Origin: Octopus sinensis
Lineage: Eukaryota
Direction of reading: 5' to 3'
DNA length: 21,533 nucleotides
NCBI RefSeq assembly: GCF_006345805.1
Contig: NW_021823718.1
Span: 1 to 21,533, forward strand
The notes beneath the pieces are model-generated. The model saw nothing but the letters and a program-made list of their open reading frames with translations, made no database searches and had not been told where the DNA came from. Shown in pieces: positions 20,303-21,533 of this stretch; position 1 is the stretch's first letter, and the number at the start of each line of letters is the position of its first letter. The position numbers were made by a program, and so were the translations under genes.

Positions 20303-21245
20303 ATTCTTAAATATTTTACACAGTTCGACCTACACGAGTTAATGCATAAAAAACAAATTAAGAATTTTGAAAAAAGTTTCTATAAGACTAGTTTTTAAAC
20401 ATCTAATGGCTCGTGGGGCCCACCAGAATAAAATAGTAATCAAAAGGGTCCACAGAAAAAAAAAAATAGTTGCTTTAGATGTATGTATTGGTATGTATTA
20501 CAAGAAGCGGCTAGGTTTCTCTCTCTTTCTAATGTATTATGTAGTTCAACCTACACAAGTTAATGTATGAAAAACAATATAAGAATTTTCAAAGTGTCAA
20601 TAGAACTGCTTTTTAAACATCGAATGGCTGAGGGTTCCAGAGTAAAATAGTAAACAAATAGGTTCATAGGTAAAAATGGTTGAGAACTTATAGTCTAAAT
20701 GAGTGGTTCTCAACCGGGGTCCATATAAGATTAGTGGTGGGGGGGGGGGTCCACGCTACAAATAGTAAATTGGGGTTCTACAATTGTATTTTAAGACCCC
20801 CTGAAAAAATATGCTTTAGGTGTATTTGTTGGGGTGTATTGGAAAAATAAAACCTATACACAGTCCAACATATAGAAATTATGGAAAACAAAATAGGTAT
20901 TTTGAAAGCAGTTTCTATAAAACTAATCTTTAAACATTGAATGGCTTTTTGCAGTCCACCAGAATAAAATAGCATCTCAAAGGGGTCCATAGATAAGGAA
21001 ACGTTGAGAACCCCTGCTTTAGATGTATGTATTGCAAGAAACAGCTGGGTTTCTTTCTCTAACATTTTGCATAGTTCAACCTACACAAGTTTATGTGTGA
21101 AAAACAAAATAGGAATTTTGAAAGAAGTTTCTATAAATATTGAATGGTTACAGGGGTCCGCCAGAATAAAATAGTAATAAAAGGGGTCCCTAAACAAAAT
21201 ATATATATATAAAAATATATACACACATATATATACAACTATATA

Positions 21246-21472
21246 TATTTCTTATTGCCCAAAGGGGCTAAACATAGAGGGGACAAAAAAAGACAGACAA
21301 AGGGATTAAGTCAATTACATCGACCCAGTGCGCCAACTGGTACTTTATTTATCGACCCGAAAGGATGAAAGGCAAAGTCGACCTCGGCGGTTTTGTTTGA
21401 ACCAGAACGTAACGACAGATGAAATACTGCTGAGCATTTCGCCCGGCGTGCTAACGTTTCTGCCAGCTCGCC
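21246..21472 (-). mobile_element. SINE family B monomer, nested in the hAT-derived array
   Basis: Single head plus one unit with tail 1. Confidence 0.9.
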
Positions 21473-21533
21473 ATATATACTGCTTTAGATGTATGTATTG
21501 GTATGTATTGCAAGAAACAGCTAGGTTTCTTCC

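Larger units (their letters stand above)
19762..21533 (+). mobile_element. hAT-like (Charlie/Buster-type ends) non-autonomous elements with tandemly repeated ~200-220-bp 3' units
   Basis: Left ends CAGTGGTTCTCAGCC (19762) and GAGTGGTTCTCAACC (20701); right ends GGTTGAGAAC (~20678-20692) and CGTTGAGAACCCCTG (to 21016); adjacent 8-mers GTCTAACC, GTCTAAAT, CTTTAGAT (the last two fit NTNTANAN); units start CTTTAG at 20473, 20814, 21017 and 21483. Confidence 0.7.

Overview
AT-rich eukaryotic non-coding DNA. The SINE families and dense (CA)n/(TA)n microsatellites suggest an octopus or other coleoid cephalopod (inference from remembered repeat families, not a database result). I find no intact host protein-coding gene: nearly all track ORFs are microsatellite, simple-repeat or SINE translations. 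Mobile content: six copies of a tRNA-headed CORE-like SINE (family A); a second tRNA-type SINE (family B) as single copies and as two head+3x184-bp arrays; three copies of a GGATC-ended MITE (29-bp TIRs, 8-bp TSDs in two copies); two dead Tc1/mariner elements; hAT-like ends amplified in tandem; a ~500-bp foldback; and a ~385-bp TSD-flanked RTE-derived retroposon. Best leads: (1) a candidate HDV-like self-cleaving ribozyme whose predicted G1 lies within 3-6 nt of the 5' end of the RTE derivative; (2) a MITE flanked by an exact-boundary 195-bp duplication instead of an 8-bp TSD; (3) SINE-B multimers with an invariant junction; (4) the foldback.
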